Shown piece by piece: positions 55,611 to 64,000 of a stretch of 64,000 nucleotides of DNA. Source of the stretch: a virus; IMG/VR virus record IMGVR_UViG_3300036773_000146, positions 64,001-128,000 of that record; one strand, 5' to 3'. How positions within the stretch are numbered: position 1 is the stretch's first letter; every line of letters begins with the position of its first letter. A program made the position numbers and the translations under genes. A model generated the notes under the pieces. The model saw only the letters and a list, made by a program, of their open reading frames with translations, was not told where the DNA came from and made no database searches.

Positions 55611-58117
55611 TACTTCGGTCCGGTGGACTGGTCGGCGGGCACTCCGGCCGAGGCCGAGCTGTTCAGCGAGACTGCGCCCGAGGTGGAGAAGGTGAACAGC
55701 TTCTGCGCCTCGGGGGAGAGCGACACGCTGATCGTGCCGCCGGTGCCGGATGAGGCCGCGTTGTTGTCGGCCTGGCTGCCGCCCTGGCCGGTGTCGGTGT
55801 TGGTCGCGCCGATCTCACCGGCCACCGTGCCGTAGTCCGAGCCGGACCAGCTGCTGGACGTGGAGGTGACCTTCGTGCCCGCGACGGTCCCGGCGATCGA
55901 GCCGACGCTCTGGCCGTTGAGGTCACCATTGGAGGAGACGATCTGGGCGGTGCCCGAGGACAGCTGGTCGGAGAAATTCTGGATGGCCTCGCCGAAGGTG
56001 ACGGCCTTGTCGCCGTCCTTCGTCTTGACCTTGAAACGGATGTTCGGGTCGTTGCCGTACTGGTTCAGCAGTTTCTCGATGACCGGATTGTTCTTCTTGT
56101 TGTTTTTCTCGTACGTGTTGTAGTACGTCGCGTTCGTCTGCCTCGTCACGGCCGCGTCACTCTGACTGCCGCCGAACAGGTTCGACCAGAAACCGGCGGC
56201 GCTGTAGTCCTTCTCGCCCTGCTGCTTCATATTCCAGGCGTAGTTGGAGAAGCCGACGCCCTTCACGCCGCCGTCGTTGATGTCCGGCGCCTTCTTGGAC
56301 TGGAACTCCTGCTGGCCGACGGCCTGCGGCTTGTTCGCGGCGGTCATGTTGGCCGCCTGGCTGGAGAGGTTGTTCCCGGCGCCCTGGTTGGCGATCCAGG
56401 CGGCGATCTGGTCGTCGGAGGCGTTGGCCATGCCGGGGTCGACGTACTGCATCATGGCGCGCACGGCGGTGACGTTGTAGCCGCCGGTCTGCATCAGCTG
56501 GCGGCCGACCTCCATCTGGAGGCCCGGGCTCTTGGAGACGGCCGCGCCGCCACCGTTCTGCTGGATGAGCTGGCTCAGCGAGCCCATGGTGCCGCTACCC
56601 AGGTAGGACTGCATCATCTTCTGGGTGGTCGCGCCGAGGGCGCCGGTCATCAGTGCCGGGTTGCCCTGCGAGCCCGCCTCCAGCTGCCCGGGCGTCATCC
56701 CTTGCTGGCTGGCGGCCATGTAGAGCATGGCCGGGTTGTTCAGCGCGCTGAGCTGGTTGGAGGACGTGGTGGCCCGTCCGCCCGCCGCCGCGACGTTGGT
56801 GGCGGCACTGGCGATCTGGCCCGCTCCCTGGCCCATGCCCGACTGCAAGGCCTGGGCGTAGTTCTGGGTGAAGGCCGCCTGGACCGACTGCGCGCTCAGC
56901 CCCGTCTGCTGAGCGGCCTTGGTGACGTTCTGCAACTGAGTGGCCAGGCCCGCGAGACTGCCCTGCGCGTGCTGGGCGCTCAAGGTGATCAGCTGCATGG
57001 ACTGCTGCTGATTCATCCCGAGGCTCTGGTAGTTGCCGGTGGCGAAGTTCAGTGCGCCGGAACGTCGGTCACCCGTATAACCCAGGGCCGAGACGCCCTG
57101 GAACAAGGCCCGGGAGTCGGCATCATTCATGCCGCCGCCGGTGAAGCGCTGGCCGAGCGAGAAGCCCTCTTCGGCCATCCGGTTGCCCAGGCCCGTGGTC
57201 GAATTCGAGTCGCCGCCGGAGAAGAACTGGCCGAGGTCGCCGAACAGGCCCGGCACGTCGGTCTCGCTGGCCATGCCGGTGTTGCCGCCGCCGTAGATGC
57301 TCTGGTAGGGCGCGTTGGCCGCGCGCTGGTCGGTCAGCCACGTGGCTGCCTTGTTGACCGACTCCCCCGCCGCGATCGCCGCACCCACGTACGGCACACG
57401 GCTCAGGGCCGAGCCGACACCGCCCTGCGCGAGACCTCCGGCGATGTTGGTCACGGCGGCCGCCTTCCGCAGCCTGCCGGGGTTGGTGGCGCCCTTGGGC
57501 AGACCCGCCGTGCCGTGCGTGTTGGCCAGGTAGTTCGCCGCGCCCGCGCGCATGCGCTGACCGAGACTGCCGTAGGACTGGTAGCTGCCGTTCTGGGGGT
57601 TGTAGCCCATGCCACCGTGGCCGCCGCCACCATGACCACCCGAGCCGCCGCCGGTGCCGCCGCCTCCGAGCCCGCCGTTCATCGTGAGGACCTGGATGAG
57701 CTGGGTCATCTGGTCACGGTCCTGCTGGCGTTGCTGGGCGAACTGGCCGCTCATCTGCGTCATCATGGTTGCGCTGGAGGACTGAAGATCACGGATCATC
57801 GCCGCCGTGGCCTTCATCTCCTGGGTGATGTCGTGGGCCGCCTGAGTCATGGCCTTCTGGCTCTGGATGATCGCGTCGAACTGGTTCTTGCCGCCCGCCT
57901 GGCCGCCGCCGGACTGCCCTCCGCCGACGAAGTTCTTGAGCTGCTCGAAGAAGTCGTCACCGACGATCTGGACCTTCTGGATCTTGCCCGGGTCCGGGGT
58001 GCCGCCCTGCGGGTTGTTGAAGGGGATCTTGCCCGCCGCGATCATCTCGTCCTGCGTCGGGCGCCGCTTGTCCGAGCCGTCGCTGGAATCGCCCTGGGAC
58101 CGGTTCTTCTTCGGCAT
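55610..58117 (-). CDS. tape measure protein
   Basis: 835 aa, G/A/Q/M-rich and helical, downstream of the frameshifted chaperones. Confidence 0.8.
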   Translation of the reverse strand: MPKKNRSQGDSSDGSDKRRPTQDEMIAAGKIPFNNPQGGTPDPGKIQKVQIVGDDFFEQLKNFVGGGQSGGGQAGGKNQFDAIIQSQKAMTQAAHDITQEMKATAAMIRDLQSSSATMMTQMSGQFAQQRQQDRDQMTQLIQVLTMNGGLGGGGTGGGSGGHGGGGHGGMGYNPQNGSYQSYGSLGQRMRAGAANYLANTHGTAGLPKGATNPGRLRKAAAVTNIAGGLAQGGVGSALSRVPYVGAAIAAGESVNKAATWLTDQRAANAPYQSIYGGGNTGMASETDVPGLFGDLGQFFSGGDSNSTTGLGNRMAEEGFSLGQRFTGGGMNDADSRALFQGVSALGYTGDRRSGALNFATGNYQSLGMNQQQSMQLITLSAQHAQGSLAGLATQLQNVTKAAQQTGLSAQSVQAAFTQNYAQALQSGMGQGAGQIASAATNVAAAGGRATTSSNQLSALNNPAMLYMAASQQGMTPGQLEAGSQGNPALMTGALGATTQKMMQSYLGSGTMGSLSQLIQQNGGGAAVSKSPGLQMEVGRQLMQTGGYNVTAVRAMMQYVDPGMANASDDQIAAWIANQGAGNNLSSQAANMTAANKPQAVGQQEFQSKKAPDINDGGVKGVGFSNYAWNMKQQGEKDYSAAGFWSNLFGGSQSDAAVTRQTNATYYNTYEKNNKKNNPVIEKLLNQYGNDPNIRFKVKTKDGDKAVTFGEAIQNFSDQLSSGTAQIVSSNGDLNGQSVGSIAGTVAGTKVTSTSSSWSGSDYGTVAGEIGATNTDTGQGGSQADNNAASSGTGGTISVSLSPEAQKLFTFSTSGAVSLNSSASAGVPADQSTGPK

Positions 58118-59106
58118 CTACATCCACCCCCCGTCGTCGGCGTGCAGGTCGGTACCACTCAGTGACCCGGAGGTCAGGCCGCCGATCTGCTGCATGAGCT
58201 GCTCGTACTCCTCGATCGCCTCGCTGCCCTTGAAGTCCACGCCCGAGTAGTCCACGCCGAGCTTGCCCTCCTCGGTTTCCACGTCGAGCGACCCGACGGC
58301 GTCGGCATCCACGTGTTCACTCGTTGGGGCGGCGATCCGGTCCGGCAACAGGTCCCAGGGCACCCAGACCGGGTCGTTACGGGAGACCAGCGCGAGCTTG
58401 ACCTGCTCGGTCATCCGCTTGCCGGACTCCAGATCCTCGGCCCACTGCAAGATCTGGGTGGCCTTGAACTGGACATGGCTCAGCCCGGCGCCGGTGAGCA
58501 GGCCCTGGCGTTGGGCCAACCGCAACTCCCCGAGCATCGTCGGGTCGATCTCGGTCAGCCCGACGCTTTTCCCATGTCGTCCAGCACCTCGTCGACCTTG
58601 CCCTCCAGCGTGAGGACCTTGTCGAACAGGGCCTCGACCACGGGTCGGCGCAAGTTGGCCTGGACCCAGGTGAACCGGCCGGGCAGGCCCGAGTCCTTCG
58701 GCCCGATGGGCAGCGGCAGCGGCAGGTCGTCCACCTGGCGCAGGTAGGCGGCCACCAGCATGGCCTGGTAGGCGATCTGGCCGGTCGGAGTGCCCTGGTA
58801 CGGCGCCAGCAGCGGCCCCATCTCCAGCCGCTCGCCGGTGGTCGGGGTGACAATCTCGAAGGAGTGGCCGAACAGCACCAGCTGTTCGGTGAGGTGCCCG
58901 ACCCAGAGCAGGCCGGTGAACACGTCGCGATGCCGAGGATCGAACTCCAGGACACCCTCCACGGACGGCGGCGCGGCCGGTTCCGGGGGCTGTGCGGCCT
59001 CCTGGGCGGCCGGGTGCTCCTGCCGGGTCTCCTCGGCCGGTGGCGGCGTCGGAGGCAGCTGAGCGAGCGCCTGGGCGGCCGCGTCGTCGGCGAAGAACTC
59101 CGTCAT
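58118..59106 (-). CDS. tail assembly chaperone, long (-1 frameshift) form
   Basis: G GGA AAA at 58573-58567 joins to the open -1 frame GKSVGLTEIDP... ending at 58118. Confidence 0.8.
58555..59106 (-). CDS. tail assembly chaperone, short form
   Basis: between tube and TMP; ends MGKASG. Confidence 0.82.
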   Translation of the reverse strand: MTEFFADDAAAQALAQLPPTPPPAEETRQEHPAAQEAAQPPEPAAPPSVEGVLEFDPRHRDVFTGLLWVGHLTEQLVLFGHSFEIVTPTTGERLEMGPLLAPYQGTPTGQIAYQAMLVAAYLRQVDDLPLPLPIGPKDSGLPGRFTWVQANLRRPVVEALFDKVLTLEGKVDEVLDDMGKASG

Positions 59107-59132
59107 GAAGGCTCCCTGGTCCTGGTGCTGAG

Positions 59133-59166
59133 TCGAGCCCGGCCCGCGCTGGCAGACCGGGCTCGA
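59133..59166 (-). terminator. stem-loop between tube and chaperone genes
   Basis: TCGAGCCCGG...CCGGGCTCGA. Confidence 0.6.
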
Positions 59167-59180
59167 TAATGATGATCTTG

Positions 59181-59669
59181 TCAGACGGCCGTCGAGTGCG
59201 TGTAGGCCACAACGATGCCCTTGGCCACGGCCAGGGCGCCGACGGTGATCGTGTCGTTGTCGGCGATGTCGACGACCACGCAGTTGTGGTAGACCTTCCC
59301 GCGCGGCCGGGAGCCGTCCGGCGGCTGGATGACCGTCTGGCAGGTCACGTAGGCCGGGTTGGCCGCCAGCGCGTCGTAGATGTCGACGATGTTCGTGGTG
59401 CCTTGCAGGCCCGAGAGCTGGTTCCAGATCGGGGCGTTCCACAGCTCGCGAATGGTCAGGTTGAGGGTGCCGCCCGCGAGTACACGGGACGTGGCGATCT
59501 CGACCGGGTGCCGCGAGCCGAGCGGGTGGATGAACTGGTACGACTGACCGGCGTCGGAGAACGCGCGCTGGCCGCTGTCCTCGACTCCTTCCAGGAATGC
59601 GATAGGCTGTCCCTGGTACGAAAAAGTCGAGAAGCCTGAGCCGACGACCCTGACCTGCGTATTTGGCAT
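59181..59669 (-). CDS. tail tube protein
   Basis: 162-aa beta-rich protein downstream of sheath; I.PLG...P.EI, Y.NCVV. Confidence 0.82.
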   Translation of the reverse strand: MPNTQVRVVGSGFSTFSYQGQPIAFLEGVEDSGQRAFSDAGQSYQFIHPLGSRHPVEIATSRVLAGGTLNLTIRELWNAPIWNQLSGLQGTTNIVDIYDALAANPAYVTCQTVIQPPDGSRPRGKVYHNCVVVDIADNDTITVGALAVAKGIVVAYTHSTAV

Positions 59670-59728
59670 TGTCAGTGCCCTCTCTGTGTAGAGCCTACCA
59701 CAGAAGAAAGCGTGGTAGCATGGCTTGC

Positions 59729-60622
59729 ATGGAAGAGAAAAAGCTCATCGAGCTGTGGCCAGCCATGCTGGCCTACGACAACCGGTTGACCATCGAGGCC
59801 GAGTTGCAGGCTGCCAAGGATGAACGAGAACGTGTCCTGAGAGACCTGGACAGCCGTATCGCAGGACTGACTGCCCAAAGGGACAGGCAAGAACGCATTG
59901 TCGCCCCACTGCACTCGCTGGGAGTTGCAGATGAGGAGATCAAGTTCTGGTCGCGAGTACGCATCCTCGGCGATGGAGACTCTTGTTGGGAGTTCACCGG
60001 TTCGACGAGAGACCGCAAGAACGAGAACTACGGGAACATCCGCTTCCAGGGCAAAATCCAGTTGGCTCACCGAGTCGCGTTCCAACTCGCGCATCCCGGA
60101 GAGCCGATGCCCGCCGCCGTGATGCACTCCTGCGACAACCCGCCTTGTTGCCGACCGGGACATCTGCGCGGAGGCACGCAAGCAGACAACGTCATCGACG
60201 CTGCCAGCAAGAAGCGGATGCGCGGGAAGGCAAACCAGCGAGGAGAAGCCAACGACTGGGCTCGTCTGACCGATCAGATCGTCCTGGAAGGACGCCGCCG
60301 GTACCGTTTGGGAGAAAGTATCGGCCAGCTCGCCCAACACTTCGACGTACCCTTGGGGACACTCCAAGGGGCGCTCAACGGCAAGACGTGGACCCACCTC
60401 AATGCCATCGAGCCGCCTATCGAAGGCCGCCGTAGCGGAACCAGGTTCACCGAAGACGACATTCGAGCCATCCGGGCCGACTACGCCCGGAAGCTGGGAG
60501 AGAATCCGCCCAGGGGCCTGCATGGCCGACTCTGCGAGGAGATCGCGCGACGACACGGCGGCATGACTGCCGCCAACATCAACGCGATCGTCCGTCGCAA
60601 GTCGTGGGCACATGTCGAGTGA
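59729..60622 (+). CDS. free-standing HNH homing endonuclease (antisense, between sheath and tube)
   Basis: CWEFTG..YG..LAHRVAF..VMHSCDNPPCCRPGHL..GT..DN; two C-terminal HTH repeats; lower GC. Confidence 0.9.
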   Translation: MEEKKLIELWPAMLAYDNRLTIEAELQAAKDERERVLRDLDSRIAGLTAQRDRQERIVAPLHSLGVADEEIKFWSRVRILGDGDSCWEFTGSTRDRKNENYGNIRFQGKIQLAHRVAFQLAHPGEPMPAAVMHSCDNPPCCRPGHLRGGTQADNVIDAASKKRMRGKANQRGEANDWARLTDQIVLEGRRRYRLGESIGQLAQHFDVPLGTLQGALNGKTWTHLNAIEPPIEGRRSGTRFTEDDIRAIRADYARKLGENPPRGLHGRLCEEIARRHGGMTAANINAIVRRKSWAHVE

Positions 60623-60629
60623 TCCCCGT

Positions 60630-62138
60630 TCAGGGCGTGGTGGTGGTGTCGGTGACCGAGCCGTTCGACGTGTCGACGGTGAAGCTCACCAGGATGTAGT
60701 TCAGCGGCCAGGACGGCTTGTAGGCGAAGCGCACCTCGATCACCGTCGGATCGCCGCTCGGCGGCGACTGCTCACGCACCTGCAACGAGTTGTAGTCCAC
60801 GATCAGCCCGACGGTGGCCGACTTGGCGTTCTCCAGGGCACCGGCCACGATGGACTTGACGTTCAGGGCCGTGCCCGCGTCGATCGGGATGCCGATCAGG
60901 CCCGAGGACTCCATGGTCTGCTGGAGCAGGTCGTAGAGCGCATCCTGGGCGCGAACCAGGGAGATCTCCCGCAGCAGCACGCCACCCGCGTAGTTGGTCG
61001 TCAGGCCGTGCCGGACGCGCAGCTGGCTCTGGCGGTTCGGCTCGACCACCATCACACCGGACTTGGCCATGGTGTCCTTGTTCGTCGGGGTCATCGCCCG
61101 CGACACCGCAGCCGGGAAACCGGAGAAGCCCGAGACCACCTTGTTCGTCAGCGGCATCTGCGGCTGCTGGGCAACCAGGATCCCGGCGCATCCGGCAGCC
61201 AGGTAGTAGCCGTCCACGGTGATGGTGGTGTTCGTGACGCCGTTGAAGAAGTTCAGCTGGTTCGGGTAGGCCAGCACGATGCGCGAAGAGCTGATCCCGC
61301 TTGCCAGCGCGGCCACACCGGACGCCGATCCCGCATAGGCCTTGTCCAGGCCGACCATGGCCATCCGCAGGACGCCCTTGTTGGCGTCCTGCATGAGGGC
61401 CGCGTTCAGCGTGGCGAACATGCCTGCGAGCGCGGCCGGATCGGTTACCCCGGAGAACAGGGGAACCACCACGTTCACATCCGAGTTGGCGGCCGAGAGC
61501 GTCTGGTAGGCGTCGGCGAACTGCTGGCTGATGGTGCCGATCGCCGGGTCGACCGCCAGGGTGTAGATCTGGTTCGCACCGTTGGTGATGGCCGTCTGGG
61601 CCGCGAAGGTCAGGGGGCTGACGAGCGCGCCGGTCGAGGGATCCAGCGACGGACCGTAGGTGTCGGCGATCGAGGCGAAATCTTCGAAGAAGTTCAGCGC
61701 GAAGTACGAGGCGTCGGTGTACTGATAGCTGACCGTCACCTGCGGGTAGGCGTCCTCGATCTTGCCGCCCGAGGAGCGGTTGATCGTGGTGACCGAGTTC
61801 TCCGTGCCGCCGCTGGTGTTCGCACTCAGCGAGTAGTCGTGCGGCGTGCTGGTGGCGTCCTTGGTGAAGGTGTAGGGCACCGACTGGCCCGAGGCATTCG
61901 GGTCGGTGATGTAGCCCTTGACCACGACCGACGCGAGGTTGATGCCCTTCTGCGTCAGGGTCACCGCCGTGACGCCGCCTGCGAAGGAGACCGTCTCGGA
62001 GTAGGTGTGGTAGCCGATGCCACTGCCGACCAGGCACACGACCGTAGGGGCGACCCCGGACACGGCGACGGTCGGACTGGAGCCTGCCTCGACGTACACC
62101 CCCGGGTGGAGGTAACTACCGAAATTGGGGCCGGTCAT
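60630..62138 (-). CDS. tail sheath protein
   Basis: YLHPGVYVE N-terminus; YLAA..AG, VRHGLTT, REISLVRAQD, YKP.WPLNYI.V.F. Confidence 0.93.
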   Translation of the reverse strand: MTGPNFGSYLHPGVYVEAGSSPTVAVSGVAPTVVCLVGSGIGYHTYSETVSFAGGVTAVTLTQKGINLASVVVKGYITDPNASGQSVPYTFTKDATSTPHDYSLSANTSGGTENSVTTINRSSGGKIEDAYPQVTVSYQYTDASYFALNFFEDFASIADTYGPSLDPSTGALVSPLTFAAQTAITNGANQIYTLAVDPAIGTISQQFADAYQTLSAANSDVNVVVPLFSGVTDPAALAGMFATLNAALMQDANKGVLRMAMVGLDKAYAGSASGVAALASGISSSRIVLAYPNQLNFFNGVTNTTITVDGYYLAAGCAGILVAQQPQMPLTNKVVSGFSGFPAAVSRAMTPTNKDTMAKSGVMVVEPNRQSQLRVRHGLTTNYAGGVLLREISLVRAQDALYDLLQQTMESSGLIGIPIDAGTALNVKSIVAGALENAKSATVGLIVDYNSLQVREQSPPSGDPTVIEVRFAYKPSWPLNYILVSFTVDTSNGSVTDTTTTP

Positions 62139-62184
62139 CGCTGCTCCTCTTCGCTGGCCGGGGCCAGAAGACGCTCGTTCACTG

Positions 62185-62215
62185 GTTGTGGCGTGTGTGC
62201 TCTGGCTGGAACAGG
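62185..62215 (-). promoter_or_regulatory. putative phage late promoter
   Basis: CCTGTT-N18-CCACAAC. Confidence 0.6.
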
Positions 62216-62217
62216 AA

Positions 62218-62877
62218 TCAGGTCCACTGCGTCCGGTTCCAGTTCCCGGCGTTCAGCGGCTGCTCGGCGGGATCCGACGGCGGCGTGGTCCCGTCCACCC
62301 AGGTGACGAACTCGACCTTGCTCAGGGGCAGCAGGGAGCCGGTGTGGACGTCGGTGAGGAACTCGCCGATCACGTCGAAGCTGGCCGACGTCTCGTAGAC
62401 CACCTCGTCGGTGCCCCACGGCGTGCCCTGACCGGCCGAGTCACCGAAGGGCTGGAGGTCGTCGAAGTTCGCGTTCATGGCGATGAACGGATTCTGCTCG
62501 ATCTGTGCGCGGAAGGCGGCGAGTGCCGGGTTGAACTTCGAGCTGATGAAGATCTCCACGAACAGGTCGAACAACCGATCGCGTTGCAGGGAGGTCAGGG
62601 CGACGACGGTCAGGGACACCGACCCGGAGAACTTCCAGCGTGAGCACTGCGTGAGGGCACCGCCCACCACGGCCGACTCGACGTGCCCGATGCCCGCGAT
62701 GGAGATCTCGGCGTTGTCGGCGTACTGCACCCACACGCCCGGGTAGGCACTCTGCTGCACCGGGAATTCCACCGACACCAACGGCGCGTTGTCGCCGGAG
62801 AAATCCGGGTCGGCCACGGCCGCGAACCCGGCCTGCAAGGCCACGGTCACGGCCGTCTTCAGGTGTGTCCGGTACAT
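62218..62877 (-). CDS. tail terminator / sheath stabiliser
   Basis: EFP....YP.V.V, V.L.VVALTSLQRDRL.D; immediately upstream of sheath. Confidence 0.65.
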   Translation of the reverse strand: MYRTHLKTAVTVALQAGFAAVADPDFSGDNAPLVSVEFPVQQSAYPGVWVQYADNAEISIAGIGHVESAVVGGALTQCSRWKFSGSVSLTVVALTSLQRDRLFDLFVEIFISSKFNPALAAFRAQIEQNPFIAMNANFDDLQPFGDSAGQGTPWGTDEVVYETSASFDVIGEFLTDVHTGSLLPLSKVEFVTWVDGTTPPSDPAEQPLNAGNWNRTQWT

Positions 62878-62879
62878 GG

Positions 62880-63572
62880 CTACAGCCCTCCTCGGTTCAG
62901 GAAGTACTCCCACTCGGCGCCGGTGGTGGCGTAGATGGTCGTGAGCGGGACGTTCGCTTCCCAGGCGGCCTCGGCGAGGGCGCCGTTCAGGTATTGGAGG
63001 GCCCGCAGGCCCGGGTGCCGCCAGCGCACGCCGACATTGCCGCCGCCGATCTGGCCGTTCGAGCTGCGCTGGGAGATGCGCCCGGGAGCGCCGGGGTAGC
63101 TGGCCACCGTCCAGGTCAGTTCCATCTGGCCGGTGTCCTTGTTCCGCTTGCGGACCTGGCGCCGCTCACCGATCCGGGCCGCCCTTCGGAAGATCAGCAC
63201 TTGCGTCCGGCCGTCCTCGGTATGCCGGACCTTGATCTTCGGGTTCTTCGCCCGCAGGGATCCGTCGGCATCCGCGACCCACATCGGGATGAGCTTGCCC
63301 GCCAGCGAGCGCATGGTGCGCGGCGCCGTGCCGTGCTCCATGAACCATGCCTGCGGGTCGGGGAAGTAGATCCCGAACCACCCCTCGCCGTAGAGCGGCA
63401 CGAGCCGGTTGGCGGTGGCACCGGTGACGCGCGGCATCGTCTGGCGGGCCCGGTGCACGGCGTCGATGGCAAGGTATTTGGCCTCGTCGTCGTTGATGTC
63501 CGGAGCCCGCAGGACCATCCGGTCCGGCGTGCCGCTGCCCAGCACCAGCTGCGGCGCGGTGACCGGGGCCAT
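62880..63572 (-). CDS. neck / tail completion protein (HK97 gp10-like)
   Basis: MPRVTG.TA..L, AWFMEHGT.P, WRHPG....YL. Confidence 0.65.
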   Translation of the reverse strand: MAPVTAPQLVLGSGTPDRMVLRAPDINDDEAKYLAIDAVHRARQTMPRVTGATANRLVPLYGEGWFGIYFPDPQAWFMEHGTAPRTMRSLAGKLIPMWVADADGSLRAKNPKIKVRHTEDGRTQVLIFRRAARIGERRQVRKRNKDTGQMELTWTVASYPGAPGRISQRSSNGQIGGGNVGVRWRHPGLRALQYLNGALAEAAWEANVPLTTIYATTGAEWEYFLNRGGL

Positions 63573-63853
63573 CAGCACTCCTCCCAGCAGAGGATCGAGG
63601 GCTCGACGTGCAGCGGATCCAGGGAGTGCAGCTGCCAGACGGCCCGGGTGTGGCCCTGGTTCTCCGGGACGTCGAAGTTGACTCCGCCAGCGCAAGGCTC
63701 GCCCTCGGGTATGTGGTTGCCGCCCGCCGAGGGATGCACGTGGAAGAAGCCGACCTTGGCCTCGTCGCGGACGATGAAGCGCGCCCAGTGCCCGCCGCCG
63801 AGGTCCACCGCCCCGTCGCCGAGCAGGTCCAGCAGGTAGTCCGTGCGGGCCAT
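63572..63853 (-). CDS. small Cys/His protein (DUF6527-like, C-terminally short)
   Basis: H...C.G...W....DPL.VEPSILC. Confidence 0.5.
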   Translation of the reverse strand: MARTDYLLDLLGDGAVDLGGGHWARFIVRDEAKVGFFHVHPSAGGNHIPEGEPCAGGVNFDVPENQGHTRAVWQLHSLDPLHVEPSILCWEEC

Positions 63854-64000
63854 CAGTCGATCACCCCGTCGGTCGGGATCAGCGGAGCCCGGATCAGCTC
63901 GATCGCCGGGAACGACTGCGGCGTGTACGAGCGCTGGGTGAGCACGGTGTGGAGGGTGACCTTGTCCGTGGGGGTGAGCAGGTACGCCACGGTGCCGGGT
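63853..64000 (-). CDS. 3' end of an upstream head-tail structural gene (partial)
   Basis: open frame PGTVAYLL...IELIRAPLIPTDGVID*, TGATG-coupled to the next gene. Confidence 0.55.
   Translation of the reverse strand, partial: PGTVAYLLTPTDKVTLHTVLTQRSYTPQSFPAIELIRAPLIPTDGVID

Noticed and set aside
59670-60629. Group I intron around the HNH
   Set aside because: The HNH is antisense and intergenic, both flanking genes are complete, and there is no room for ribozyme core elements

Overview
A 64-kb segment of a large, high-GC actinobacterial contractile-tailed phage (myovirus-type), or of its prophage/plasmid form. No integrase, portal, capsid, tRNA, rRNA or CRISPR array is visible here. Nearly all genes are on the minus strand. 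Reading from the right end: neck, tail terminator, sheath, (antisense HNH), tube, frameshifted tail-assembly chaperones, tape measure, baseplate/hub/large tail proteins (40.7-64 kb). Next is a plus-strand island with an HTH, a replication initiator containing 22-bp iterons, a DnaC-like loader and DinG (36.4-40.7 kb). Then come a lysis cassette (papain-like peptidase, DUF1906-type hydrolase, holin) and a self-sufficient replication/recombination operon (SNF2, FEN, DnaB, intein-containing primase, SSB, DnaE, RecA, Cas4-like nuclease, RuvC). These are followed by a sigma-like regulator, the terminase and an accessory left arm. The most unusual element is a three-gene cassette (3.9-8.0 kb) behind a putative late promoter. 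It encodes a SAM-lyase-like protein, an Arr-like ADP-ribosyltransferase and a His-rich 938-aa polyvalent protein (ParB-like, ART, RelE, SprT-like peptidase, nucleotidyltransferase) whose domains are separated by basic-x-Ala motifs, suggesting a virion-packaged, protease-processed effector polyprotein. Other findings include an 18-bp palindromic operator inside three sigma70-type promoters, a bipartite late-promoter motif, and two homing endonucleases that appear to have recoded the ends of neighbouring genes. All family assignments come from motif recognition by eye; no searches were run.
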